IMG/VR virus record: IMGVR_UViG_3300005077_000004
Location: 1 to 64,000 of that record
Length of the DNA: 64,000 nt
From: a virus
Reading direction: 5' to 3' (one strand)
Translations under genes and position numbers: made by a program
Notes under the pieces: model-generated
The model's database searches: none
The model's input: only the letters and a program-made list of their open reading frames with translations
Told to the model about the DNA's origin: nothing
Part shown: one piece after another, positions 17,402 through 27,047 of the stretch
Numbering within the stretch: position 1 is the first letter of the stretch
Layout of the letters: every line of letters begins with the position of its first letter

Positions 17402-17796
17402 GCATCTCTCCTCTGGTCTCGATCAAGATAGATTTCCATACCCTTGAAGGTTCCAGAAGGAATGATGATCTTTCTCTCCATCTCTTCACGTTCCGTTTGT
17501 GGAGGAGGAACCTCTCCGTCTAACTCAATCATCTTATATTCGACGGGAACCTTCGCTTTGTAAGCATCTCTTCGCAGACGGTTGAGAGTTCTGATACATT
17601 CGTCTTCCTTCTCTTTGGGTGCTTGAAATAGAAGTGTAAAGGTTGATTCCCCCTCCCACTTCTGTAGAATGGCTAGATGCATATCACTTCTCCTTGTCTT
17701 TCCTTTTGGAATAGCATTGAGGACATACCGGACGATCCTTAATCCAGTCAATCTCTTTTGTGTTCCACATATTCTTTTTGCATTTATGACAGACAA
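17398..17796 (-). CDS. hypothetical protein (132 aa; start uncertain, alternative at 17682)
   Basis: ORF in the gene train. Confidence 0.45.
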   Translation of the reverse strand: MSVINAKRICGTQKRLTGLRIVRYVLNAIPKGKTRRSDMHLAILQKWEGESTFTLLFQAPKEKEDECIRTLNRLRRDAYKAKVPVEYKMIELDGEVPPPQTEREEMERKIIIPSGTFKGMEIYLDRDQRRDA

Positions 17797-18305
17797 CGAG
17801 GGTCATCTTTATAACTCCCAAAAGCTTTATCTAGAATCTTTCGATACACCCATCGGTTGGGCATATAGCGACCGTCTTGGAATATCCATTGATCGGACCC
17901 TCGACCATCTGCAACAACTTGCAGGGCAGCAGCAACTCCAGAACTTCTAGAGATCCCAGCGTTACAGTGAATAGCAAAGAAATCTACACAATGTCTGTAC
18001 TCGTTAAAAAACTCCAGAATCTCTTCCGCTTGCTCCCCGGTAAAAAGACCCGATTGACTATCCCGAACGGGCTTCCCGTTGACATAATAAAATGTCTCAC
18101 CGAAGTATTTACCACGTTGAATCGGATCAATGTCCCAAAAGAACAGAGGGAGAACAGCAAGACAGTTCCCCATCAAACTCTTATCCCTTATTTCTAGGAA
18201 TGGTTCGCGGACGGCAGTAGCATCAGAAATACTGATAAATGCATATGGATTGTTATTGTAAAACAGATCCGCTTGCGACCGACTCATAATTTTAAACTGC
18301 ATCAT
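17784..18305 (-). CDS. cysteine-based (CX5R) dual-specificity/tyrosine phosphatase superfamily protein
   Basis: Signature AIHCNAGISRSSG (HCX5R-S), with an upstream FWDIDP acid-loop candidate. Confidence 0.7.
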   Translation of the reverse strand: MMQFKIMSRSQADLFYNNNPYAFISISDATAVREPFLEIRDKSLMGNCLAVLPLFFWDIDPIQRGKYFGETFYYVNGKPVRDSQSGLFTGEQAEEILEFFNEYRHCVDFFAIHCNAGISRSSGVAAALQVVADGRGSDQWIFQDGRYMPNRWVYRKILDKAFGSYKDDPRCLS

Positions 18306-18531
18306 TTGTCACCCTTCTGTCATTCGGAATGAATCGTTTCCCATGAAGAAAATCGAACAGATCATCTTCATCAACATCCAGCATATCCGCAAGCAATTCG
18401 AATGCTTCCAAACCTGTTACCTCACTCGGGTTGTTCATAAGTGCGCTACCAACCTTGTCCAGTCGCGACGGAGTTTCCTCAAAACTAAACAGGTTATTCA
18501 TCGTTCGTCCCTTTCCCACTTCACTTTCCAT
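18292..18531 (-). CDS. hypothetical protein (79 aa)
   Basis: ORF in the gene train. Confidence 0.45.
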   Translation of the reverse strand: MESEVGKGRTMNNLFSFEETPSRLDKVGSALMNNPSEVTGLEAFELLADMLDVDEDDLFDFLHGKRFIPNDRRVTNDAV

Positions 18532-18562
18532 CTCAATTCTCCAATGTCAAATGTGTATCTTC

Positions 18563-18889
18563 TTATCCGACAATCTTTCCAGATTCCGTATCCCAATATC
18601 CGATAGGAACAATCATGTCATGGATGAATCGTCGAATATCAGGATACGACCAGAGCTTATCCGATTCGTTTCGGGCAGTAGCAATCGCCGAAGAGACATC
18701 TCCCTTCTTGAGATACGTGGCAATAGCCCGAACACAAGAAACACCCTGACCACCGTTCTTCGATTCCTGAAGCTTCATCAGGATCTTCGCGAGTGCCTTC
18801 AACTCACCCCTCTTCAAATTCGATTCGTCAAGCATGGTTCTCTTCTCCGCAATCATCATCATTATATCCTCCGGAAGGATCCTTGTCAA
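18563..18889 (-). CDS. hypothetical protein (108 aa)
   Basis: ORF in the gene train. Confidence 0.5.
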   Translation of the reverse strand: MTRILPEDIMMMIAEKRTMLDESNLKRGELKALAKILMKLQESKNGGQGVSCVRAIATYLKKGDVSSAIATARNESDKLWSYPDIRRFIHDMIVPIGYWDTESGKIVG

Positions 18890-18897
18890 GTTTTAAT

Positions 18898-19158
18898 TTA
18901 GATAAACGGACACTTGTAAAGATCAATCTTCTCCACAATCTCCGCAGACTTCTTGCAAGAATACTCATTTCGAAGATCGAAATCCCCTCGTTGGTGACGT
19001 TCAGCGCAATTACGGATCCAGGAAAAACAGAGATCGGTAAAGGTTTGCTGAAGAGTTCGATGCTCACGATTCATCTGAGAAATAAATTCATCCATGGGGC
19101 AAGTCATGTTGTTGACGAAATCAGACATTGCCAGAGCCATTTCCTTCGCATCCTTCAT
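18898..19158 (-). CDS. hypothetical protein (86 aa)
   Basis: ORF in the gene train. Confidence 0.5.
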   Translation of the reverse strand: MKDAKEMALAMSDFVNNMTCPMDEFISQMNREHRTLQQTFTDLCFSWIRNCAERHQRGDFDLRNEYSCKKSAEIVEKIDLYKCPFI

Positions 19159-19167
19159 TTGGTTCTC

Positions 19168-20460
19168 CTATTTGGTTGCCCGAACCCGAGTCAGTACAGT
19201 CTGCTTCCCGTATCCACGATCCTGCTGATTCTTGATCGTGGCATCCACAACCATCTCGCCGATAAGCTCGTTATCCTTGGTGTACAGCCAATCCGTATTT
19301 CCACTCATGAAGGTGACAAACTGGTTGTTGGTTCCCTTGAAGTAGCCGGAGACCATGAGGCTGTCACCCCACTGACCTTCGATAAGCTTGGTCTTGGTGA
19401 TTTCAAGTTCGACCTTCTTGATCTTCTCCCCCACCTTGCCGACATACTCGGAGAGCTTCGGATTCTTCTTTGCCTCACTCTCCCTCTTCTCTGCCATGGA
19501 GCGATGGATCTTATACCCGAAAGTTCCCAGGAAGAGCCGTGTGCGCTTGTGATCGATAAACCCGGAATTGATCAGGAGAGCGAAGCTATACTCAAAAGAA
19601 TCGTCAATCGTCTCAAGAGATTCAATCGGATACTTTGCACGATACTCCGCAATCCATTCAGAAGTATATTTCGCAATCGTCTCGTCAGATTCAATCGCCT
19701 TCCGCTTGTTCTTCAGTGCGATATCATCTCGGCTGTTTGCGTACAGGAGAATCGAAACTTTGTGCGTAGTCGGAGACCAATTGCAAAATTCATCCCAATA
19801 TTTCGCAGAGCGATAGGTCCAGTTATCTTCCATCATCACAGCAACAAGATACTTGGTGACGGTCTCGATATCCTTTCCGAATTCCCGGTGGGATCCCTTC
19901 TCCACCCATTCACCAATCTCGTCTTCACCCATAGCTTTTCCGAGATTGTAAGCGATATCGCAAAGAAACTGGAAGTGTGTCACATCGATTCCAAGGTATT
20001 CCTTGACACAGGTTCGACCAACAACCTTCCGCTCTCCATGGTCGTTTTCGACCACAACCACCATGCGGCGATAGCGGCGAACGTTGCAATGATCGCAGCG
20101 ACGAAGGTCAAGCTTCTTGTATTCTTCGATATCACGGATACCACCGTTGATGACGTTGTATCCACAATCGTATGCTTCGATGGTGGCAACTGGCTTCCAA
20201 CCACCAGAGAGCTTGACGATAGGATACGTGACCACAACCGTAACCGCAGGGAGCTTCAGAGTTTCAACCTTCCCATCCCGAAGACCTGGGAGAGGACGCT
20301 TGGTGTCATAGAGAAATTCCTTCCCCACCGTCATAGTGATAGCGGGAAGACCGTAGCGAACTGCCTTCTTGGAAATCTTCTGGACATGTTCCGAGATCTT
20401 TTCGACCACATCGACATGCACATCAACTTCAAGGGTTCTGAGTTCGGTTTCCATCTTCAT
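19168..20460 (-). CDS. hypothetical protein (430 aa) with a CxxC...C cluster
   Basis: Balanced composition. Contains RRCDHCNVRRY...GRTCVKEY. Preferred over the antisense 559-aa ORF. Confidence 0.6.
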   Translation of the reverse strand: MKMETELRTLEVDVHVDVVEKISEHVQKISKKAVRYGLPAITMTVGKEFLYDTKRPLPGLRDGKVETLKLPAVTVVVTYPIVKLSGGWKPVATIEAYDCGYNVINGGIRDIEEYKKLDLRRCDHCNVRRYRRMVVVVENDHGERKVVGRTCVKEYLGIDVTHFQFLCDIAYNLGKAMGEDEIGEWVEKGSHREFGKDIETVTKYLVAVMMEDNWTYRSAKYWDEFCNWSPTTHKVSILLYANSRDDIALKNKRKAIESDETIAKYTSEWIAEYRAKYPIESLETIDDSFEYSFALLINSGFIDHKRTRLFLGTFGYKIHRSMAEKRESEAKKNPKLSEYVGKVGEKIKKVELEITKTKLIEGQWGDSLMVSGYFKGTNNQFVTFMSGNTDWLYTKDNELIGEMVVDATIKNQQDRGYGKQTVLTRVRATK

Positions 20461-20575
20461 CCTCCACAGTAACTATACACCAGGGAATTCGTTTGTCAAA
20501 TCAGAAAGACGATTTTTTAAAAAATATAACCCCATAAAGAATATGGGGTTGAAAGGAGTGTAACATTATTTTACT

Positions 20576-21031
20576 CTAATAATCTCGTTGTTCTTCCCTC
20601 TGCCAGTGTTTTATCATGGTATCAATGATACATTGAATGTTATTCCCTTTGGCAATGGTAACAAGTTCTCCGTCCTCGCATTCATTTCCATCTTCGTCAT
20701 AAAAACCATTCATGAAGTCCAGAGTGAACTTATATCCCATCTTACAACGTTTAAATTTTGGATTGTAGATCAGACTGTAATACTTTTCTCTTCGGTTGAA
20801 TTTCTTCGGAGTGAAGTGAGCAGCGAGGTATCCGCTATTCTCAGAGACGATCCATGTCTTCGATTCGACTTCGGGTGATAGACTATAATTGAATTTTTTA
20901 TAGAACTCTTCCATCATGAGAGTTGTTTCGTCAAGAATAGCCGTTGGGTCTACATCAATCAAACAACTCTCCAAGTCTTGCATATATTCTTCCTCACTGT
21001 CAGACTCGTCATAATCCTCTTCCCAACCCAT
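20576..21031 (-). CDS. hypothetical protein (151 aa), acidic N-terminus
   Basis: ORF in the gene train. Confidence 0.5.
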   Translation of the reverse strand: MGWEEDYDESDSEEEYMQDLESCLIDVDPTAILDETTLMMEEFYKKFNYSLSPEVESKTWIVSENSGYLAAHFTPKKFNRREKYYSLIYNPKFKRCKMGYKFTLDFMNGFYDEDGNECEDGELVTIAKGNNIQCIIDTMIKHWQREEQRDY

Positions 21032-21040
21032 AAGATTCTC

Positions 21041-21247
21041 CTAGACGACTTTTGCTAAGATGTTAATTGCTTTCCCATTCGCAACCTCTTCGGCTGTTCC
21101 CCACCCGCTTTGTCTTGCTTCCTCAAGCGACAACTTCCTCACCGAGACTTTATTCGGGGAACGAATCACCGTCCCGTTTCTTTTCATGTTGGAGTGCTTC
21201 TTCAATTCTTTTTCGCGTTTCTTTTTCTTATCTTTTCTTCTAGACAT
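21041..21247 (-). CDS. small basic protein (68 aa)
   Basis: Internal start MSRRKDKKKKREKELKK. The longer form has a hydrophobic, unlikely-looking leader. Confidence 0.4.
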   Translation of the reverse strand: MSRRKDKKKKREKELKKHSNMKRNGTVIRSPNKVSVRKLSLEEARQSGWGTAEEVANGKAINILAKVV

Positions 21248-21334
21248 ATTTATCTCCTTGAAAGAAATAATTATACAGAAGAAAGGGGATTCTGTCAAGA
21301 GAATCCCCTTCGAACAAAGGAGGGATGTTTGCAC

Positions 21335-21850
21335 CTAGAACTGTGCGGCGGTATAGTCGAAGTATACTGAGTACGGCATGTCTTGAAGAAATTGAGAATC
21401 AGGTATTCTCACCATGTTGAAATCTTTTAGACCTTGGAACGGATCGACTACTCGATTGAATACGATAATGATCCAAAACAAACTTTCATCTCCATAGAAA
21501 TTTCTAGCTATCGTATGCCACTTTTCAAATTGGCGAACCGGATGATAGACCCACTTTCGTTCAAAAATATAATCATCAATGAGTTGATTTACCTTTTTAT
21601 CGTTGAGGATGTTAATAAAGATATTACAAACATCTTCGTTTGGGCTTCCAAAGCTTCTATCTGATACGGGATATTTGGTTGACCGGAAACGTTGGAGGAA
21701 TGAATCAGTCTTTCGGTTGTCGTATGGTCTATCGAAGATTGCTCGGTTTTTCAGATACCCTCGAATCGATAATGGATATTGTCTCAGATCATCATAGGCT
21801 CGGGATGTTTCTGTCGAAGAGCGAAGAGATGATAAAGATATGTTTGCCAT
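21335..21850 (-). CDS. putative virion/baseplate-associated protein (possible LysM-like segment)
   Basis: The segment EKWHTIARNFYGDESLFWIIIVFN resembles LysM-like tail protein X/gp53-type segments. This is a weak call. Confidence 0.35.
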   Translation of the reverse strand: MANISLSSLRSSTETSRAYDDLRQYPLSIRGYLKNRAIFDRPYDNRKTDSFLQRFRSTKYPVSDRSFGSPNEDVCNIFINILNDKKVNQLIDDYIFERKWVYHPVRQFEKWHTIARNFYGDESLFWIIIVFNRVVDPFQGLKDFNMVRIPDSQFLQDMPYSVYFDYTAAQF

Positions 21851-22701
21851 TATAATGATCCTCCAAATTGCATAGAAGACCTCAACCCTCTAAAGCCGTG
21901 TTTGAAGCTTAGATCAAGTTCTATGAGAGAAGGTTCACCATTATAAAACGGCGCGAAAAACGTGACATTTAATCCGGTGCAAACCATATCTTCCATCGTC
22001 GCAAGAACAGTATATCCTTCCTTATAAAACGTGACCACCTGAACCTTCCACCATTCCGGGTGATCGACCAATCCCGCTTGTACAGCCTTCGAACCATTTC
22101 CCAATCCATTGACGGCGTTTTGTGCGATATTGAGCATATTATTTCCGAGATCAAGTGCCGTATCAGATACTCGACTATTCGCTCCGACCGCACTACCACC
22201 GATCTTCTTCTGAAGATCAATAGCCAGAGATTTTACATTTGCAGCCATAGCAGATGCTCTTGCGGATCCAGGTGGTATCAAACCAGCATGAGTATCCATA
22301 CGAAACTTCTCAATGAGAGAAAGAAGCTCTCCAGATCCATTTGAAGAGAATAGCTTTGTCTTTACGTTGATTGTTGGTGGTGCTGAGTCCATGTATACAG
22401 CGCAAGCAGAGACGTGGACGCTACCACCTATTTTTCGCAAAGCAACTCTCGAAGTAGCATCAGCCAAAGAACTTGTTTGTGACAATGAGTTAATAACTCC
22501 CTTTGCGTAATTATCTGCTTCGTTCCATTCGTGAGAAAATACCCAATTAACCGTATCCTCGACAGGAAGAAAGATTTTTCGGTTGACTGGAAAAATGTGA
22601 CCCTGTTGTGTTCCTATCGGTGTTAAACAATAATAAGTTCCGTATTGAACAATCTGAGATGGATCGCTTGCACCATACGAAAAACTATGTGGAAGTGTCA
22701 T
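21850..22701 (-). CDS. putative virion structural protein (283 aa)
   Basis: Ser/Gly/Ala/Asn-rich composition. Overlaps the start of the downstream 171-aa gene by 1 nt (coupled). Confidence 0.45.
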   Translation of the reverse strand: MTLPHSFSYGASDPSQIVQYGTYYCLTPIGTQQGHIFPVNRKIFLPVEDTVNWVFSHEWNEADNYAKGVINSLSQTSSLADATSRVALRKIGGSVHVSACAVYMDSAPPTINVKTKLFSSNGSGELLSLIEKFRMDTHAGLIPPGSARASAMAANVKSLAIDLQKKIGGSAVGANSRVSDTALDLGNNMLNIAQNAVNGLGNGSKAVQAGLVDHPEWWKVQVVTFYKEGYTVLATMEDMVCTGLNVTFFAPFYNGEPSLIELDLSFKHGFRGLRSSMQFGGSL

Positions 22702-22711
22702 ACCGCTTCTC

Positions 22712-23617
22712 CTAAGATCTTATCGTTTCTGTTTGTGCAGATGCTTGTGGAGCACGAGACATAGTTGAATCTGGAACATTCATCGGTCCTGATGCCGCGA
22801 GTCTCGACAAACGTACACTTTGTTGAACGTCTTGCATTTTGTTGATCTCTTTGAATTGACCTGTTGATAGACTGATTAATGTTTTCTTCAAGTCTCTGAG
22901 TTCAACAAGAAGAGGATTATCTTGTGCAACAATGATTGGTTTTTCTGAAACCTTTTCGATTCTTTCGATAATGGTTTCTTTTGCTCCATCGGTTGGTTTA
23001 TTATCCTTTTCGATTCTTTCGATAATGGTTTCTTTTTCGCGATTGTCAGGTTTAGCATTCTCGATCAGAACTTTGACTTCTTGTTCTTTGTTTGTTTGCT
23101 CTTTGAGTTGTTGTTGAAGAGTCTTTAGTTTTTGTTCATCTTCTTTATCAAACCCTTTCACCAATCCTAAGCTCTCACCTAAATATCGAGATGCTCCTCC
23201 ACGTTCACTTGCTCTTTTTCGGAGATTGATTTGCGTAATCTCTGTTTCTAATCTGGATTTTTCTCTTTCGATAGAGAAGAGATCACGTTGATTTTTGTCG
23301 GCAATATCTTCCATGCTTTTTGCATATACTTGTGCCGATCTCATTTTTTCTTTAACAGCATCATGATCTTGTTTGTTTAGTTGAACAGTGGTATCATATG
23401 ATTCTTTAAGTGTCCAAATTGATGCCCCTAACGCACCAGCGGCACCGGCTAATCCTATTGCCCCCGTTAACACTCCCCCACCAAGAGCCGCACCGACACC
23501 AGCCAACGCTGAAGTGATTCCGGTGATGATCGGGGTTAGTTTAGAAAACAGTCCCATGAAAAGATCGAGAAGACCACCCTTACTTTCTTTTTTAGGTTCA
23601 ACCATCCCGAGATTCAA
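22712..23617 (-). CDS. Gly-rich membrane-like N-terminus + coiled-coil protein with an in-frame 18-aa duplication
   Basis: GITSALAGVGAALGGGVLTGAIGLAGAAGALG, then charged heptad-like sequence. KETIIERIEK occurs twice. Confidence 0.5.
   Translation of the reverse strand: MNLGMVEPKKESKGGLLDLFMGLFSKLTPIITGITSALAGVGAALGGGVLTGAIGLAGAAGALGASIWTLKESYDTTVQLNKQDHDAVKEKMRSAQVYAKSMEDIADKNQRDLFSIEREKSRLETEITQINLRKRASERGGASRYLGESLGLVKGFDKEDEQKLKTLQQQLKEQTNKEQEVKVLIENAKPDNREKETIIERIEKDNKPTDGAKETIIERIEKVSEKPIIVAQDNPLLVELRDLKKTLISLSTGQFKEINKMQDVQQSVRLSRLAASGPMNVPDSTMSRAPQASAQTETIRS
22951..23036. repeat. 32-nt exact direct repeat with a 54-nt period
   Basis: ccttttcgattctttcgataatggtttctttt occurs at 22951-22982 and 23005-23036. 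Confidence 0.9.
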
Positions 23618-23624
23618 TCCGGTC

Positions 23625-24515
23625 TTAATATCGGCAATTCTGACATTTCTCGGTATACGTATCTTCCGCTTCAGTCGGTTTTGTCGAACGGCTTTCTTTA
23701 GAAGAAAGAAGTCGAATCAAATCTTTTATACTTGACTCTTTGTCTCTCGAAGAGTCTCGACTAATAAACGATCTCTCCCATTTCGAAAATACACTTTCAA
23801 AGGTTTTCGACCACGTATCTTCAAACTGAGATAAAGCTTTCTCTTTATTCTCGGATGATTTGTTCTTCAATGAATCTTGAAGTTTTATTTGCTCTATACC
23901 TTTCATCTTCTTAAAGATTTGTTCCCTTTCTCTCGTTCGAGATTCAAGATCAGCAGTTAATTTTTTGTTCAAATCTCCTTGTAAATTACCGAAAAGTTGG
24001 AACGGGAGTCCTACTGTTTCGCGTAAACCACCCTTGATTTTATCTATAATCTTTCCGGTAAACGCTAGGGGGAACCCAACTGTTAGTGCTGCTAATAAAC
24101 CGTGACGGTTTTTTATATCAAAGACTCTCTGAACAATACTTCTTTTCTCTTCCTGCACATTTAAATTGTGTGCTAATTTCTGTAGGTCAATGGTTCGGTT
24201 TTCTAAATTTTCTTTGTGTCGTTTTTCTTCAATTGCTTTGTTTTCGTCTCTAAACTTTTTGGAATCATCAACTGATTTTATTTGTCGAATTTCTTCTCTG
24301 CGTTTAAAGTTTTTATCTCGATGATTTATTTCTTCTTGCCTGGACGAAATGTTTCGAATAAGCTTTATGAATTCTTTTGGATTTCCCTTTTCATCCGATA
24401 TCACGACTGGAAGCGGAACCCGAATGTTTAGATTCGCTCCCTGTTGATTCCCCTGGTTTGGGATTCGATGTACGTTTCCGGCTATGGTTTCTCTGTTGAT
24501 ATTATCTTCGGGCAT
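23625..24515 (-). CDS. coiled-coil hypothetical protein (296 aa)
   Basis: Highly charged K/E/R-rich ORF. First gene of the leftward arm of the divergent junction. Confidence 0.5.
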   Translation of the reverse strand: MPEDNINRETIAGNVHRIPNQGNQQGANLNIRVPLPVVISDEKGNPKEFIKLIRNISSRQEEINHRDKNFKRREEIRQIKSVDDSKKFRDENKAIEEKRHKENLENRTIDLQKLAHNLNVQEEKRSIVQRVFDIKNRHGLLAALTVGFPLAFTGKIIDKIKGGLRETVGLPFQLFGNLQGDLNKKLTADLESRTREREQIFKKMKGIEQIKLQDSLKNKSSENKEKALSQFEDTWSKTFESVFSKWERSFISRDSSRDKESSIKDLIRLLSSKESRSTKPTEAEDTYTEKCQNCRY

Positions 24516-24637
24516 CTATACTCCACGGAATACTTCGGAAGGGTGTTCATTATTATTTAGTATCGTCTCAAGTATTTATGTGGATTTTTCACATGAGATA
24601 TATAAATAAGATAAAGTTGCTTCGAGAAAGGAAAAGA

Positions 24638-25528
24638 ATGTCAAAATATTATTCTGAAGATATCAAGTTCAAAGCTCTTAAAATTCTTCAAGAAAGAGCG
24701 GGAGATGGGACTGGACCCGAAGGTAAAGGTCCGCGAACTGGAAGAGGTCTAGGGAATTGCAAGATCGAAGAAGCAGACGATGATGTTCCAGAGATCAAGA
24801 ATAAATCCAAGGATATGCAGATCATAAACGCTCTTTCTCCTGCGTTAAAGAAAGAGGCATATAGTGTTGCAGAAGGAAAGATGGATCTGTCCGAGGATCT
24901 GTACGCTGCCTTGTTCTATACAGATTTCATCGAGGGTATGCCCTACGGAACCATGAAAGCTAGATCCGGGGATCCGATGGAGTGGATTACCTACAAACTT
25001 CAGAAGCTACTCGCTAACGTCGAAAATACCGAAGATGTTGTGGATGATGACGAAGGAATCGGTGGTGGGGAATCCGGTGAAGGTGGTCAAACCGAGGAAG
25101 CAGATGAAGAAGAAGAAGTAGAGGCTGATGATGAAAATATTGAGGAGGGGGATGACGAAGATGAAAAGGATGCCGAAGATGAAGTCGAAAAACCTATGAA
25201 CGAGGTTGTAGGTGTGGCGGCTCTTGGAGCGGTTGGATTGAAAATCTGGCAGAATAGAAACAAACTTCTTCCTCTGATTGATAAGTTCCAACAGAAGGGA
25301 AAGCGTCTCGAAGCTCTTGGAGATCTCAAAAATATCATCATCACCAAAGATATTGACGCGGCAGCAAATGCATATCAGCGATATCTCAAAGATCAATTTG
25401 GAATCGATAAAGATGTGGAATTTGTTAAAACATTCCTCGTCAAAGCAGCAGTGTCTACCATCGAGAAAAAGATCAAAGCAATGGAGACGAAGGGGGAAGA
25501 ACCTCAGAGCGAAACGCCTAAGAAGTAG
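24638..25528 (+). CDS. acidic protein with a DUF5320-like Gly-rich motif
   Basis: Start MSKYY preceded by AAGGAAAAG. GDGTGPEGKGPRTGRGLGNC motif. EEADEEEEVEADDE tract. Confidence 0.5.
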   Translation: MSKYYSEDIKFKALKILQERAGDGTGPEGKGPRTGRGLGNCKIEEADDDVPEIKNKSKDMQIINALSPALKKEAYSVAEGKMDLSEDLYAALFYTDFIEGMPYGTMKARSGDPMEWITYKLQKLLANVENTEDVVDDDEGIGGGESGEGGQTEEADEEEEVEADDENIEEGDDEDEKDAEDEVEKPMNEVVGVAALGAVGLKIWQNRNKLLPLIDKFQQKGKRLEALGDLKNIIITKDIDAAANAYQRYLKDQFGIDKDVEFVKTFLVKAAVSTIEKKIKAMETKGEEPQSETPKK

Positions 25529-25556
25529 AACAAACAACATCAATAATCAATTTCAC

Positions 25557-25580
25557 CGGGGTCGTCATTGGGCGACCCCG
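25557..25580 (+). terminator. possible intrinsic terminator hairpin
   Basis: cggggtcg / cgaccccg 8-bp GC-rich stem with an 8-nt loop, followed only by a weak T run (aatcgttt). Confidence 0.35.
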
Positions 25581-25692
25581 AATCGTTTCCAATTAGAAAA
25601 GTCTAGGAAATTCTTTATCGATCCATCTAACAACCTAAATAATAAGAGATTAACTTATTTTCACATTTACCATTTTTTAACGGAGAATATCA

Positions 25693-25995
25693 ATGACACC
25701 AGAAGGAAAGTTTCTAAGCGAAGTTATCAGACCGATTGCAGAGAAGATGCGAGCATTGGATTATGAAATCCAGGCAGCACTTACAGAGTGGTGGGGTTCG
25801 AAGATGAACGAAGCAATCAAGAACGATGCGACAGCCTATGATGATGGAAGAGTTGATCAAGGTGTTGCCGCAGTCAGGGGTTCTGAAATCTCAAACATCA
25901 TAACTCAAATGGCAGAGTACAAAGCTCTTATGGACAGGGCTGGAGTCCGAGACACCATTCAAAAACCTTGTGTGAGACCTTTGAGGGTTGAGTAG
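25693..25995 (+). CDS. hypothetical protein (100 aa)
   Basis: ORF whose stop overlaps the GTG start of the next gene. Confidence 0.5.
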   Translation: MTPEGKFLSEVIRPIAEKMRALDYEIQAALTEWWGSKMNEAIKNDATAYDDGRVDQGVAAVRGSEISNIITQMAEYKALMDRAGVRDTIQKPCVRPLRVE

Positions 25996-27041
25996 TGGCT
26001 TTAACCGAACGCTATGTTTCATCCCTAGCTGTTGGTGGTGGTGATGGGTCTATTGGTAGTCCATGGACTCTCGCCGAAGCCGATGCCTCTGCGGTTGCTG
26101 GGGATCGGGTGAATATAAAAGCCGATGGGGTATACACACTGACCGAGGTATTTCAACCAGGATCATGCTCAAATACCGCACCCATTATTTTCCGGGGGTA
26201 TAAAAATGAGATCGGTGACGGGTATCTCGGTTGGACTCCGACCGGAAGTTTAATCACAACAAATATGCCGTCGATCAATTGTGGGACTGATTATTATCTA
26301 TATCTTTTGAGTAATGGAAATTTGATCGAAAGTCTGAATATCTATGGTAATCGAGTCGGTAGTTATCTAGTTGTTGGTGAGGGATATGGAACGGGGGTAT
26401 ATTGCTGCAAAATCGATAACTCTGGAGCGGGAACAATCAATTACAGCGGAGGTTCTCAGAGCGGGAACGTTTCATTTTGTGAATTACTAGGAGGAACATC
26501 TCTCGCAAAAGGAATCATAACAACAGTCTATGGTTGTAAATTTATAGGATCTGGTTCAGGAACTGCTATATTATCATCCGGATCGGTTTTTGTCTCTCAT
26601 TGTTTGATGTATGGTTGGGGTATGGGTGTCGCTCCAAGTCGCGGAATTGTTTCGTTTTGTACTATAGCGAATTGTGTCAATTATGGAGTGAGAATCACAA
26701 CCAATCGATACGGAAGTGTTATTGTTGGAAACATGATAACTGGATGTAATGTGGGAATTGGTGCAACAGGAGCAAACGTTGCATCGGTCATGTATGGAAA
26801 TCGATTCCGAGACAATAATACAGATATCGACGCAAATATGGGAATTTGTCCAGATTTCGAATCGATAACCCTTGATCTTGGTGACGACTCGACGGATTAT
26901 TTCAATTCCGTTATAAATGATTATAGGATGGTCAAAACGTCCCAAGGAAGATTACCAGACGCTTTTATGTGGAATGATGTTGGTGCAATGAGGGCTGATG
27001 ATGCGTTATCCTCTGGAACCGGAATAATCGGATTAAGTTAG
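25995..27041 (+). CDS. right-handed beta-helix protein, paralog 1 (tailspike/depolymerase-like)
   Basis: GTG start. N-terminus RYVSSLAVGGGDGSIGSPWTLAEA is typical of PbH1/pectate-lyase-fold proteins. Repetitive N/G/I/V-rich rungs. Conserved C-terminal FRDNNTD...DDY...GAMRA. Confidence 0.65.
   Translation: MALTERYVSSLAVGGGDGSIGSPWTLAEADASAVAGDRVNIKADGVYTLTEVFQPGSCSNTAPIIFRGYKNEIGDGYLGWTPTGSLITTNMPSINCGTDYYLYLLSNGNLIESLNIYGNRVGSYLVVGEGYGTGVYCCKIDNSGAGTINYSGGSQSGNVSFCELLGGTSLAKGIITTVYGCKFIGSGSGTAILSSGSVFVSHCLMYGWGMGVAPSRGIVSFCTIANCVNYGVRITTNRYGSVIVGNMITGCNVGIGATGANVASVMYGNRFRDNNTDIDANMGICPDFESITLDLGDDSTDYFNSVINDYRMVKTSQGRLPDAFMWNDVGAMRADDALSSGTGIIGLS
26019..26072. repeat. 54-nt block, 51/54 identical to 27072-27125
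   Basis: Hand alignment of the 5' ends of paralogs 1 and 2. Confidence 0.9.
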
Positions 27042-27047
27042 GAACCC

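Noticed and set aside
18793-20472. 559-aa plus-strand ORF, the longest ORF in this region
   Set aside because: It is antisense to the 430-aa minus-strand gene and to two smaller minus-strand genes. It has Leu/Ser/Ile/Arg-rich, low-information composition typical of a shadow ORF, and every neighbour is on the minus strand with coupled junctions.
24516-24637. Divergent promoter region between the leftward and rightward virion arms
   Set aside because: The A/T-rich gap is the logical place for promoters, but I could not find a convincing -35/-10 pair with proper spacing, and the host sigma specificity is unknown.
25007-25543. 178-aa minus-strand ORF
   Set aside because: It is a shadow of the acidic plus-strand gene at 24638-25528.
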